This document shows positions 18,046 through 26,284 of a DNA stretch of 64,000 bases, in pieces. This DNA comes from Eggerthellaceae bacterium (GTDB taxonomy: Bacteria > Actinomycetota > Coriobacteriia > Coriobacteriales > Eggerthellaceae). The stretch's first letter is position 1, and every line of letters begins with the position of its first letter. A program made the position numbers and the translations under genes. The notes under the pieces are model-generated. The model did no database searches. It was given only the letters and a program-made list of their open reading frames with translations, and was not told the origin of the DNA. The stretch is from contig JAXJZF010000007.1 in the NCBI GenBank assembly GCA_036306585.1, forward strand, positions 55,990 to 119,989, in the 5' to 3' direction.

Positions 18046-20795
18046 CTCGGCGCAACCTCGAACTTGTCCTGCTGTGCATAGCGGCGCCTCTGGTCATCCT
18101 CATGTTCGCCATGATGGTGGTCAACCAGGGCCAGCCGCTCGACTTCAACACGCTCGGCGTTCCCATCGGCATCTTCCTGGCGTTCGTGGTGGCGCACCTG
18201 GCGGCGCGCAAGCTGGCGCCCGGCGCCGACCCCGCCATCCTGCCGCTTGCCTTCGCGCTGTCGGGCATCGGCATCGCCTTCGTCACCCGCCTGCGTCCGG
18301 AACTGGCGGTCGGCCAGCTCATGTGGCTGTTCGTGGGCGTGGCGTGCCTGGTGGTGGTACTGCTCATCGTGCGGAACCTCGACAAACTCGCTCAATATAA
18401 ATACACGTTGATGCTGGTGGGCCTGATCCTGCTGGTATCGCCGATCATCCCCGGCATCGGGCAGGAGATCAACGGAAGCCGCATCTGGCTGTCTATCGGG
18501 CCGTTCTCGTTCCAACCGGGGGAGATCGCCAAGATCGCCGTGGTGCTGTTCCTCGCAGGCTATCTTGCCGCCAATCGCGAGATGCTCTCGGTGTTCACCT
18601 GGCGCATCGGCCCGCTTCGCTTGCCCGACGCCCGCGCCCTCGTGCCGCTGTTGGTGATGTGGCTCATTTCCATCGGCATCGTGGCGTTCGAGCGCGATCT
18701 GGGCAGCGCCTTGGTGTTCTTCTTCGTGTTCCTGGTCATGCTGTATGTTGCCACCGGCAAGAAATCCTACGTCATCGCCGGCGTGCTGATGATGGCGGTC
18801 GCTGGTGTCGGCCTATACTTCGTCTTCGACCATGTGCAGGTGCGCGTGGCGACATGGCTCGACCCCTTCGCCGATGCGCAGAATACCGGCTATCAGCTGG
18901 TGCAGACCATCTATTCGCTGGCCGACGGCGGGCTGTTCGGCGTCGGTATCGGACGCGGCCTGGCCGAGCAGATCCCCGTCGTGGAGAGCGACTTCATCTT
19001 CGCCGCCATCGGCGAGGAGACCGGCCTTCTGGGCGCGGCGGGCCTGCTGTTGCTCTACCTGTGCCTGGCGATCCGCGGCATGCTCACGGCGGCGCGCGCG
19101 AAAAGCGACGTCAGCTCGTTCACCGCGGTCGGCCTCACTTCCATCATCGTCCTGCAGGCGTTCATCATCGTGGGCGGCGTGACGCGCCTCATCCCGCTCA
19201 CCGGCCTGACGCTGCCCTTCATAAGCCAAGGCGGCTCATCGCTTCTGGCAAGCTTCATCTCGGTGGCGCTGCTGCTGCGCGCCGGAGACGAAGGCACCGG
19301 CGTCGGCAAGGAGATGACCTCAGCGACCACGATGATCTCCACCGCGAACGTGTTGGGGCGCGTGGCGCTCGGCAAACGCCTCACCGTCGCCATGGTGGGG
19401 TTCTCGGTGCTGTTCGCCCTGCTGGTGGCCAACCTCACGCTCATCATGGTCGTGCAGGCTGACTACTACCAGGATATGCCGGGCAACAACCACACCATGG
19501 CGAAGGAGGCCAATACCGAACGCGGGTCCATTTCGACCTATGACGGCGTGGTCCTCGCCGAAAGCCAATTGCAGGACGACGGAACGTACGAGCGTGTCTA
19601 CCCTGCGGGCGACTTGGCAAGCCACGTGGTGGGCTACTACTCCACGCGCTACGGCACGAGCGGCATCGAGGCCAGCGAGAACTCCACGCTGAAGGGGCAG
19701 CAGAATTTCGCCAGCTGGACCGACGTCATCAATGCCGCCGCCGGCATCTCCACGCCGGGCAACGACGTGCGCCTGACGCTGAGCTCCACCATCCAGCAGA
19801 AAGTCCAGGATGCCCTGGAGGGGGTGACCGGCGCCGCCGTGGTCATCGATCCCCGCACCGGCGCGGTGCTGGCCATGGCCTCCTCGCCCACCTACGACGC
19901 CAATGACGCCGAATCGCTCCTGGAAAGCTCTTCGGGCGACTCCAGCCAGCTGTTCAATCGCGCCACGCAGGCGCTGTACGCCCCGGGCTCCACGTTCAAG
20001 ATCATCTCCCTCGCCACCGCGCTGGAAAACGGGGTTGCCAGCGAGGACACCGTGTTCAGCGCCCCTGGCTCGATGGAGCTGGGCAACGCCGCAGTCACCA
20101 ACTTCGGCAACGAGAGCTACGGCAACATCACGCTGGCACGCGGCACCGAAGTGTCGTCGAACACGGTGTTCGGCCAGCTGGGATTGCAAATCGGCGCGCG
20201 CCTGCTGGTGGAAGGGGCCGACGCGTTCGGCTTCGACCGCGAGCTGGACTTCGAGCTTCCCGTCACCGAGTCGCTCATGCCCGACCCCGACGAGATGACC
20301 GATTGGGAAACCGCCTGGGCGGCAGCCGGTCAGCCCGTGGGCGAGCACGAAAGCCCCGCCGGCCCGCAGGCAACCGTGCTCGAGATGGCAATGGTGGGCT
20401 GCGCCATTGCCAACAACGGTACCATCATGGAGCCCTACCTGGTGGACAGCGTCTACGGTGCCAACGGCGAGCGCAGCTACCAGGCGCAGGCAGTCCCCTA
20501 CCTCGATGCGGTCGACAGCGATACCGCCAATCGCACCAAGGAGGTCCTGAAAGGTGTGGTGACGTCGGGCACCGGCACCGCCGCCGCCATCCAAGGCGTG
20601 CAGGTGGCGGGCAAGACCGGCACCGCCGAGCACTCCGACGGCGATGACGGCTGGTTCATCGGCATCGCAGACGCCGATTCCGACAGCCCCTCGGCAGTGG
20701 TCGCGATCGTCATCGAGAACAGCTCGTCCGGCACGGCGGCGGCCAAAGCAGGCGACATCCTGGAAACAACGCTGAGCGTGCAAGGGGAGCTATGA
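18042..20795 (+). CDS. Fused SEDS glycosyltransferase (RodA/FtsW/SpoVE family) and class B penicillin-binding protein (PbpA-like transpeptidase)
   Basis: One uninterrupted 917-codon ORF. Residues 1-430 are polytopic SEDS (..GSRIWLSIGPFSFQPGEIAKI.., ..LPFISQGGSS..). A further TM helix follows, then a PBP dimerisation domain and a transpeptidase with STFK, SSN and KTGT motifs. ATGA overlap with the pstP stop. Confidence 0.9.
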   Translation: MTRRNLELVLLCIAAPLVILMFAMMVVNQGQPLDFNTLGVPIGIFLAFVVAHLAARKLAPGADPAILPLAFALSGIGIAFVTRLRPELAVGQLMWLFVGVACLVVVLLIVRNLDKLAQYKYTLMLVGLILLVSPIIPGIGQEINGSRIWLSIGPFSFQPGEIAKIAVVLFLAGYLAANREMLSVFTWRIGPLRLPDARALVPLLVMWLISIGIVAFERDLGSALVFFFVFLVMLYVATGKKSYVIAGVLMMAVAGVGLYFVFDHVQVRVATWLDPFADAQNTGYQLVQTIYSLADGGLFGVGIGRGLAEQIPVVESDFIFAAIGEETGLLGAAGLLLLYLCLAIRGMLTAARAKSDVSSFTAVGLTSIIVLQAFIIVGGVTRLIPLTGLTLPFISQGGSSLLASFISVALLLRAGDEGTGVGKEMTSATTMISTANVLGRVALGKRLTVAMVGFSVLFALLVANLTLIMVVQADYYQDMPGNNHTMAKEANTERGSISTYDGVVLAESQLQDDGTYERVYPAGDLASHVVGYYSTRYGTSGIEASENSTLKGQQNFASWTDVINAAAGISTPGNDVRLTLSSTIQQKVQDALEGVTGAAVVIDPRTGAVLAMASSPTYDANDAESLLESSSGDSSQLFNRATQALYAPGSTFKIISLATALENGVASEDTVFSAPGSMELGNAAVTNFGNESYGNITLARGTEVSSNTVFGQLGLQIGARLLVEGADAFGFDRELDFELPVTESLMPDPDEMTDWETAWAAAGQPVGEHESPAGPQATVLEMAMVGCAIANNGTIMEPYLVDSVYGANGERSYQAQAVPYLDAVDSDTANRTKEVLKGVVTSGTGTAAAIQGVQVAGKTGTAEHSDGDDGWFIGIADADSDSPSAVVAIVIENSSSGTAAAKAGDILETTLSVQGEL

Positions 20796-20913
20796 AGATG
20801 TGCAGGTTGATGTTTCGTTCATCGGCACAAACCGCCGTTATGCGGTATGCTTATGAATCGGATAAAATCAGCTTTTTCGATACTGCATGCATGTAACCAA
20901 AAGGAGCAAAAAC

Positions 20914-22905
20914 GTGGCTGGAAGCATGATCGGCAGAGTATTCAGCAACCGCTATCAGATAACCGAGTGCATCGGCGTGGGCGGCATGGCGGAAGTCTAC
21001 CGTGCGCAGGACAACGTGCTCGGGCGCATCGTCGCCGTGAAGGTGATGCTGCCTCAGTTCGCCTCCGACGAGAACTTCACCAAGCGTTTCAAGCAGGAGG
21101 CGGCGTCGGCGGCCAACCTGTCGAGCCCCTACATCGTCAACGTGTACGACTGGGGCCAGGATGAAGGCACGTATTACATCGTCATGGAGTACGTGCGCGG
21201 CAGCGATCTCAAGACCGCCATCAACGAGCGCGGCGCCATCAACCAACGCAAGGTCGCTGAGATCGGCTCGCAGGTATGCCAGGCACTGTCCGTCGCCCAT
21301 AAGCAGGACATCATCCACCGTGACGTCAAGCCGCAAAACATCATGGTGCAGCCCGATGGCAACGTGAAAGTGATGGATTTCGGCATCGCACGCGCAAAGA
21401 ACTCCACCATGGACAAAACCGCATCGGTGCTGGGTACCGCGCACTACATCTCGCCCGAGCAGGCGCAGGGCAAAGACCTCACGCCCGCCAGCGACATCTA
21501 CTCGCTGGGCGTGGTGCTCTACGAGGCCGTGACGGGCAAGCTTCCCTTCGACGGCCCCGACGCAGTGAGCGTGGCTATGAAGCAGGTCCAGGAACAGCCC
21601 GAGCCCCCCAGCCAGCTGCGCCCCGACCTCGACCCCGGCCTTGAGGCCATCATCCTCAAGGCGATGAGCAAGAACCCCAACGAGCGTTTTGCGACCGCGC
21701 AGGAGATGCGCTACGCGTTGAACGACTTCCTCGCCGGGCGTCCCGTGGACGTCGCCGGCTTCACCAGCGCCCAAACCGCGTACCTCTCGCCCATCGGCGG
21801 AGCTCAAACGCAGGTGATCGGCGAACGCGGCATGGGAGCGCCCGGCGGCACCGCCGTCATGCCCGTCACCCATGCGCAGGGCGGCGGCAGCGGCAGCACC
21901 TCGTACCGCTCGTCCAACACCGCGAAGAAGAAGTCGTCGGGTAAGAAGGCAGCCGGCATCATCGTGGCAATCGTCGCCGTCATCGCCATTATCGCGATCG
22001 CGGCGTTCGCGCTCGGCGGAAACGTGGGCACGGGTGATCCGGTGCCCAACGTGGTCAATAAAACGCTTGACGAGGCAACCCAGGAGCTGCAGGAAGCCGG
22101 GTTCCAGGTGGGCGATGTGACCGAGCGCTCCGACAACAACATCGCCGAGGGCAACGTCATCCAGCAGGATCCCACCGCCGGCAGCAAACGCGAGCAAGGC
22201 ACTCGCGTCAACCTGGTCGTCTCCAGCGGCAGCTCGCAAGGCTCGGTTCCCGACGTGACGAACAAATCGGCAGACGAAGCCCGCCGCATCCTCGAGGATG
22301 CCGGTTTCCAAGTGCAAGCCGGCGCTGCAGAATACAGCGATACCATCGGTAAGGACCTGGTGGCACGCACCAACCCCGCCGCCGGCCAGCAGATGCCCAA
22401 GAACAGCGTGGTCACCTACTACCTGTCACTGGGCCCCGAGGGCACAGAGGTCCCCAACGTCGTGGGCTCTTCGAAAGGCTCCGCCGAGACCACCCTCTCC
22501 AACGCTGGGTTCAAAGTAACCTCCGAGAACACCTATAGCGACACGGTTGCCCAGGGCGTCGTCATCAGCCAGACCCCCAATGCGGGAACGCTTGCGCAGG
22601 ACGGCGACACCGTCCACCTAGTCGTGAGCGCCGGCGTCGACCCAGCCACCCAGAAACCGGCTCAGGTGGACATCCCCAACCTCGTCGGCTGGAGGGTATC
22701 CGACGCGAAGTATCAACTCGAAAGCCTCGGCTTCAGCGTGTACGTCGCCAACAACATGCCCGACAGCGCCTTCGTCACCTCCACCACCCCCACCGGATCG
22801 GCGGATAAGGGCTCCACGGTGACGCTGTACGCCCAGAGCAGTTCAAGCGGCTCCGACAGCAACTCGGACAGCAGCGGCAGCACTGACACGGGCAAATCGG
22901 AATAA
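20914..22905 (+). CDS. pknB: Ser/Thr protein kinase PknB with four PASTA repeats
   Basis: GVGGMAEV, VAVK, HRDVKPQN, DFG, TAHYISPE, then a TM helix, 4 PASTA-like repeats (VPNVV.../VPDVT.../VPNVVG.../IPNLVG...) and a Ser/Asp-rich tail. GTG at 20914 lies 7 nt after AAGGAG. ATG at 20926 is also possible. Confidence 0.9.
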   Translation: MAGSMIGRVFSNRYQITECIGVGGMAEVYRAQDNVLGRIVAVKVMLPQFASDENFTKRFKQEAASAANLSSPYIVNVYDWGQDEGTYYIVMEYVRGSDLKTAINERGAINQRKVAEIGSQVCQALSVAHKQDIIHRDVKPQNIMVQPDGNVKVMDFGIARAKNSTMDKTASVLGTAHYISPEQAQGKDLTPASDIYSLGVVLYEAVTGKLPFDGPDAVSVAMKQVQEQPEPPSQLRPDLDPGLEAIILKAMSKNPNERFATAQEMRYALNDFLAGRPVDVAGFTSAQTAYLSPIGGAQTQVIGERGMGAPGGTAVMPVTHAQGGGSGSTSYRSSNTAKKKSSGKKAAGIIVAIVAVIAIIAIAAFALGGNVGTGDPVPNVVNKTLDEATQELQEAGFQVGDVTERSDNNIAEGNVIQQDPTAGSKREQGTRVNLVVSSGSSQGSVPDVTNKSADEARRILEDAGFQVQAGAAEYSDTIGKDLVARTNPAAGQQMPKNSVVTYYLSLGPEGTEVPNVVGSSKGSAETTLSNAGFKVTSENTYSDTVAQGVVISQTPNAGTLAQDGDTVHLVVSAGVDPATQKPAQVDIPNLVGWRVSDAKYQLESLGFSVYVANNMPDSAFVTSTTPTGSADKGSTVTLYAQSSSSGSDSNSDSSGSTDTGKSE

Positions 22906-22956
22906 TCCGCACCGAGCAGCGCTCGTGCCGCTGGAGGCCCTTTCTCCTCGGTAACG

Positions 22957-22965
22957 TGGTACAAT
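22957..22965 (+). promoter_or_regulatory. Extended -10 promoter (TGgTACAAT) for tRNA-Arg
   Basis: TGGTACAAT ends 9 nt before the mature tRNA 5' end. Confidence 0.5.
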
Positions 22966-22974
22966 GCTCGCCGC

Positions 22975-23050
22975 GCCTCCGTAGCTCAGGGGACAGAGCA
23001 CCGCTCTCCTAAAGCGGGTGCCGCGCGTTCGAATCGCGCCGGGGGCACCA
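22975..23050 (+). tRNA. tRNA-Arg (anticodon CCT)
   Basis: Acceptor GCCTCCG/CGGGGGC (one G-U pair), anticodon stem CCGCT/AGCGG with loop CTCCTAA, T-arm GCGCG-TTCGAAT-CGCGC, encoded CCA. Confidence 0.9.
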
Positions 23051-23143
23051 TCGAAATCCAAAGCCGTCGGGCAATCCGGCGGCTTTTGCATTTCAGGCGT
23101 ACAATGGCCCGTAACAGCCAACCGAATTAGGAAAGGACGCCTT

Positions 23144-24409
23144 ATGGATCCCAGCCAGTCCACGCAGGCCCCTGAAGCCGCTTCCTCCGAACCGGCCAAG
23201 CTTAAAGCCAAGATCCCCCTTCTCTATAAGCTCTACGGCCTCTATTGCCTCATCGCCGGCATGATCGTTTTCTCCCTCGTGACAGGCGTGACTGTACTTT
23301 CTCTGATCGGCAAGCTCAACCTGACGGCAGGCTCCGACAACGCCTCGCTCACCTTCATCCTCAACGTTGTCCAGTTCGTGCTGATGGGCATCGAAAGCAT
23401 CGTGATGTTCGTCTTCGGAATATCGCTTCTGCGCAACCGCCGGCGCCATGCCGCCCAGATCGCCTACCTACTCATCGCCATCAACGTGATCGGCACGCTG
23501 ATCGAGATCATGCTCCGCGGCATCGGGGCGAACCTCGTGGGGGCGGGGGTGCAGCTGCTCATCCTCATCGTCATCTCGGTCACCGTCGATCCCACGCTGC
23601 GCGAAGAGCGCCGACGCCAGCGCCTTAAACGCGACGAGGAGCTCGAAGCCGAAGCGAAGGCGGGCACCCTCGGACGCGCCAAGGGCGACCGCGGGTTCAT
23701 TGAACTGGATTTCTTCAACCTTTTCTGGGTGTTCGTCGTGTGCAGCGTGCTGGGGCTGATCATCGAGACGGTGTTCCATATGGTCGTGGTGGACCCCGGC
23801 GTGTACCAGGACCGCGCCGGCATGCTGTTCGGGCCGTTCTCGCCCATCTACGGCGTGGGCGCCGTGCTCATGACGGTGGCGCTCAACCGCTTCTACAAAT
23901 CGAATTTTCTGATCATATTCCTGGTGAGCGCCATTATCGGCGGGCTGTTCGAGGCGTTCGTCTCGTGGTTCATGCAGACCGCTTTCGGCGCCGTTGCCTG
24001 GAATTACAGCGGCTCGACCATCTTCGGGCTGTTCCCCGATCCCATCGCCGAACTGTTCGGCGGCCGCACCAGCGCACTGTTCATGTGCATGTGGGGTGCG
24101 CTCGGCTGCGTATGGATCAAGCTATGCCTACCCTGGCTGTTGAAGCTCATCAACCTCATCCCCTGGCAAGCACGCTACGGCGTGACCACCCTATGCGCCG
24201 CGCTCATGCTGGTAAACAGCGTGATGACGTTGGAAGCGCTGGATTGCTGGTACCAGCGCGAGTCGGGATACCAGCCCACATCGCCTGTCGAGAAGTTCTA
24301 TGCGAAGTATTTCGATGACGACTATATGGCGCATCGATTCCAGTCGATGACCATCACGCCGGATGAGACCGCGCGAGTGGATGCAGGAACGGCAGATCGG
24401 GCATCGTAA
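23144..24409 (+). CDS. Polytopic membrane protein; the C-terminal half resembles the 'putative ABC-transporter type IV' (DUF1113/CmpB-like) family
   Basis: MDPSQS... start behind an AGGAAAGGA RBS. About 4 N-terminal TM segments, a charged linker, then FFNLFWVFVVCSVLGLIIETVFH...GPFSPIYGVGAV... The family call is from memory. Confidence 0.6.
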   Translation: MDPSQSTQAPEAASSEPAKLKAKIPLLYKLYGLYCLIAGMIVFSLVTGVTVLSLIGKLNLTAGSDNASLTFILNVVQFVLMGIESIVMFVFGISLLRNRRRHAAQIAYLLIAINVIGTLIEIMLRGIGANLVGAGVQLLILIVISVTVDPTLREERRRQRLKRDEELEAEAKAGTLGRAKGDRGFIELDFFNLFWVFVVCSVLGLIIETVFHMVVVDPGVYQDRAGMLFGPFSPIYGVGAVLMTVALNRFYKSNFLIIFLVSAIIGGLFEAFVSWFMQTAFGAVAWNYSGSTIFGLFPDPIAELFGGRTSALFMCMWGALGCVWIKLCLPWLLKLINLIPWQARYGVTTLCAALMLVNSVMTLEALDCWYQRESGYQPTSPVEKFYAKYFDDDYMAHRFQSMTITPDETARVDAGTADRAS

Positions 24410-24965
24410 GGCCCCCGACCACCAATGCGAGGTCGTCTTCGGTGAGCGGCTTCTGGCTGCGCTCCGGCGCATTGTATTCCGATCCCTCGGTTTCCCTGAT
24501 GACGCGAGCTGCCTCGCCGAGCGCCTCGCCATGCGCGCCGGCGAACTCCCATCGCTTGGTGATGGTGACCTCGTTGCGGTTGTTCACATGCCGATAACCG
24601 CATTCATCCATCAGCCTTTTAACCAAGGGAAGGCCCAGCCCGCCGACTCCCGAGAGAGCCGGATCGGACGAGCGCTTGCGCTCGTAGGCGAACGGGTCGA
24701 ACTCGATGCCGTCGTCCGCCAAAACCACCGACGCGAATTGAATGTCGTCGTCGACGGAAACGGTGATGTCCACAAAACCCCCGCCGGCGCCGTATGCGTA
24801 CGACGACACGTTGGTGAACAGCTCTTCGACGGCAAGGTAAACGTCGTTGCGCGCCCTCAAAGGCATGGTGGATTGATCGAGGATACCGGAAAGGAACCTC
24901 TTCACGGAAGGCTCGCTGGTCGCAAGCGCCTGAAAGCGCTGGGTTTTTGTCATGCGGTCGCCCAT
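24354..24965 (-). CDS. RsbW/SpoIIAB-like ATP-binding protein (HATPase_c_2 Ser kinase / anti-sigma type) with a 63-aa C-terminal extension
   Basis: N-box AVEELFTNVSSYAY, G1 DDGIEFDP and G2 GVGGLGLPLVKRL within the first ~140 aa. The tail EALGEAARVIRETEG...LVVGGLTMPDLPFLHPLARSHPA has no recognisable domain. Confidence 0.7.
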   Translation of the reverse strand: MGDRMTKTQRFQALATSEPSVKRFLSGILDQSTMPLRARNDVYLAVEELFTNVSSYAYGAGGGFVDITVSVDDDIQFASVVLADDGIEFDPFAYERKRSSDPALSGVGGLGLPLVKRLMDECGYRHVNNRNEVTITKRWEFAGAHGEALGEAARVIRETEGSEYNAPERSQKPLTEDDLALVVGGLTMPDLPFLHPLARSHPA

Positions 24966-25267
24966 GCGCTGCTCCTCAATGCGCTTCGCTCGCTCGATGT
25001 CGAATACTGTTTCAGCATCGCTTCCATACGTCCTTAGTGCTTCAGTTTACGTGCGTTTCGGACGCCCCCATCATAGGGTCTCCCGCATTTTGCAGTATAA
25101 ATCCTGAAGAGGCAATGATTTCGCTTAATTCGCATGAATGCTGAAACCATCAGCACGAAAATGCTCAAGGGATACCCCGTTTCGCCCTTATCGGCGATCT
25201 GCGGCACCTCCCTGCCGCCATGTCGGGGCAGAAAGGCGAATCGCCCCGCCTATCCGATCGACACAAC

Positions 25268-25281
25268 ATGCACGCGTGCAT
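25268..25281. promoter_or_regulatory. Perfect 14-bp palindrome ATGCACGCGTGCAT upstream of the LytTR gene (candidate operator)
   Basis: Read directly. Ends 21 nt upstream of the TGgTAATAT element. Confidence 0.35.
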
Positions 25282-25302
25282 CCCCCATCAATTGCCCCAA
25301 CC

Positions 25303-25311
25303 TGGTAATAT
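25303..25311 (+). promoter_or_regulatory. Extended -10 promoter TGgTAATAT for the LytTR regulator
   Basis: It directly abuts the ATG at 25312. This argues that the real start is the in-frame TTG at 25357, which follows a GAGGAGG RBS. Confidence 0.4.
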
Positions 25312-25356
25312 ATGCATACGGTCGATCTCAAACCAACTTCGAGGAGGCGAATAGGC

Positions 25357-26196
25357 TTGGCAGAAAGCGGCTTCAAAGCAGCCGATACGCTTCCCGCCCT
25401 CGCCGAAAGCGTGATCGCCGCTTTCTTCTCGCACAATGAACGGCCCCTTCTCGATCTGATCACCGACGATTGCCTCATCATCAGCAGCACCGGAGTGATG
25501 CTCGAAGGCCTCGAAGGACTCGCCGCCGCCATCAAGGATCATCGCAAGATCCCCTCGATGATGGTCAGGGAGACCGACTTCCGCCTAGTCAGCTCGCCAG
25601 AAAACCGCAAGGCAGGGGTAAACGCCGTGATTGCGGGTACCTACAAGCTCTATTCCTCTCCGCGCGAGCAGATGCTCTTCTCGTCGACGGAGCACGTCAC
25701 CGTTTGCTTCACGCTCACCGAGGAAGGCTGGCGGATCTGTCATATGCACACGTCCACCAAGCCGTCTGAAACCGTGACGACCGACATCTTCCCCATAGCG
25801 ACGAGCCGGGAAACCTACGATTACGTCCGTGAGATCCTGCGGACCGGCGCCAGGGCGGGAATCCTTCCATCGCGCGTCATGCTGGAGAACCCCGACTCCT
25901 CGCACTACATCAACCCCGACAGCATCCTGTACGTCGAAGCGGAGGGCAAGCGCAGCATCATCCATTGCACCAACACGGAATTCCCCGTTGCTTCGCTGAT
26001 AAGCGAGGTCATTCCGCAACTGCCCGGGACGTTCTTCCGTGTCCATAGAAGCTATCTGGTGAACACCGCCCATATCGTCGGCATCCGCAAATACATGCTG
26101 GAGCTCTCCGACGGAACGGAGATCCCCATTCCCGAACGGCGCTACACCGAAGTACGCCGCGAGATCACACTGCGCGCGGCAGGCGGGCATCGATAG
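25357..26196 (+). CDS. One-component regulator: NTF2/SnoaL-like N-terminal domain + LytTR DNA-binding domain
   Basis: C-terminus ILYVEAEGKRSIIHCTNTEFPVASLISEV...FFRVHRSYLVNTAHI is a canonical LytTR domain. The N-terminal ~125 aa (VIAAFFSHNERPLLDLITDDCLIISSTG...GWRICHMHTS) look NTF2-like, and there is no receiver domain. The track start at 25312 is also possible. Confidence 0.75.
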   Translation: MAESGFKAADTLPALAESVIAAFFSHNERPLLDLITDDCLIISSTGVMLEGLEGLAAAIKDHRKIPSMMVRETDFRLVSSPENRKAGVNAVIAGTYKLYSSPREQMLFSSTEHVTVCFTLTEEGWRICHMHTSTKPSETVTTDIFPIATSRETYDYVREILRTGARAGILPSRVMLENPDSSHYINPDSILYVEAEGKRSIIHCTNTEFPVASLISEVIPQLPGTFFRVHRSYLVNTAHIVGIRKYMLELSDGTEIPIPERRYTEVRREITLRAAGGHR

Positions 26197-26220
26197 CCCT
26201 CCAGCCCATCGATAGATACG

Positions 26221-26258
26221 GTAAGGCCCCGCATGCATGCAGGCACGCGGGGCCTTAC
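26221..26258. terminator. 12-bp GC-rich hairpin between the convergent LytTR and aroK genes
   Basis: GTAAGGCCCCGC-N14-GCGGGGCCTTAC. No clear U-tract on either side. Confidence 0.45.
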
Positions 26259-26284
26259 ATTGAAAACCTTTGGAGACGCTGGCG

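Noticed and set aside
24354-24440. A double-glycine-like motif (LTEDDLALVVGG) in the tail of the RsbW-like protein, reminiscent of bacteriocin/RiPP leader peptides next to a LytTR regulator.
   Set aside because: The motif lies at the C-terminus of a 203-aa protein rather than in an N-terminal leader. No C39 peptidase/ABC exporter, modification enzyme or separate small ORF with a start codon is present, so chance resemblance is most likely.
22975-26258. A genomic island integrated at tRNA-Arg (and similarly at the other tRNAs).
   Set aside because: There is no integrase, recombinase, transposase or phage gene, and I found no direct repeat of the tRNA 3' end downstream. The best partial match is GCGAATCGCCCC at about 25230, only 8 nt. 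Apart from the spacer, the GC and codon usage of the genes look native.
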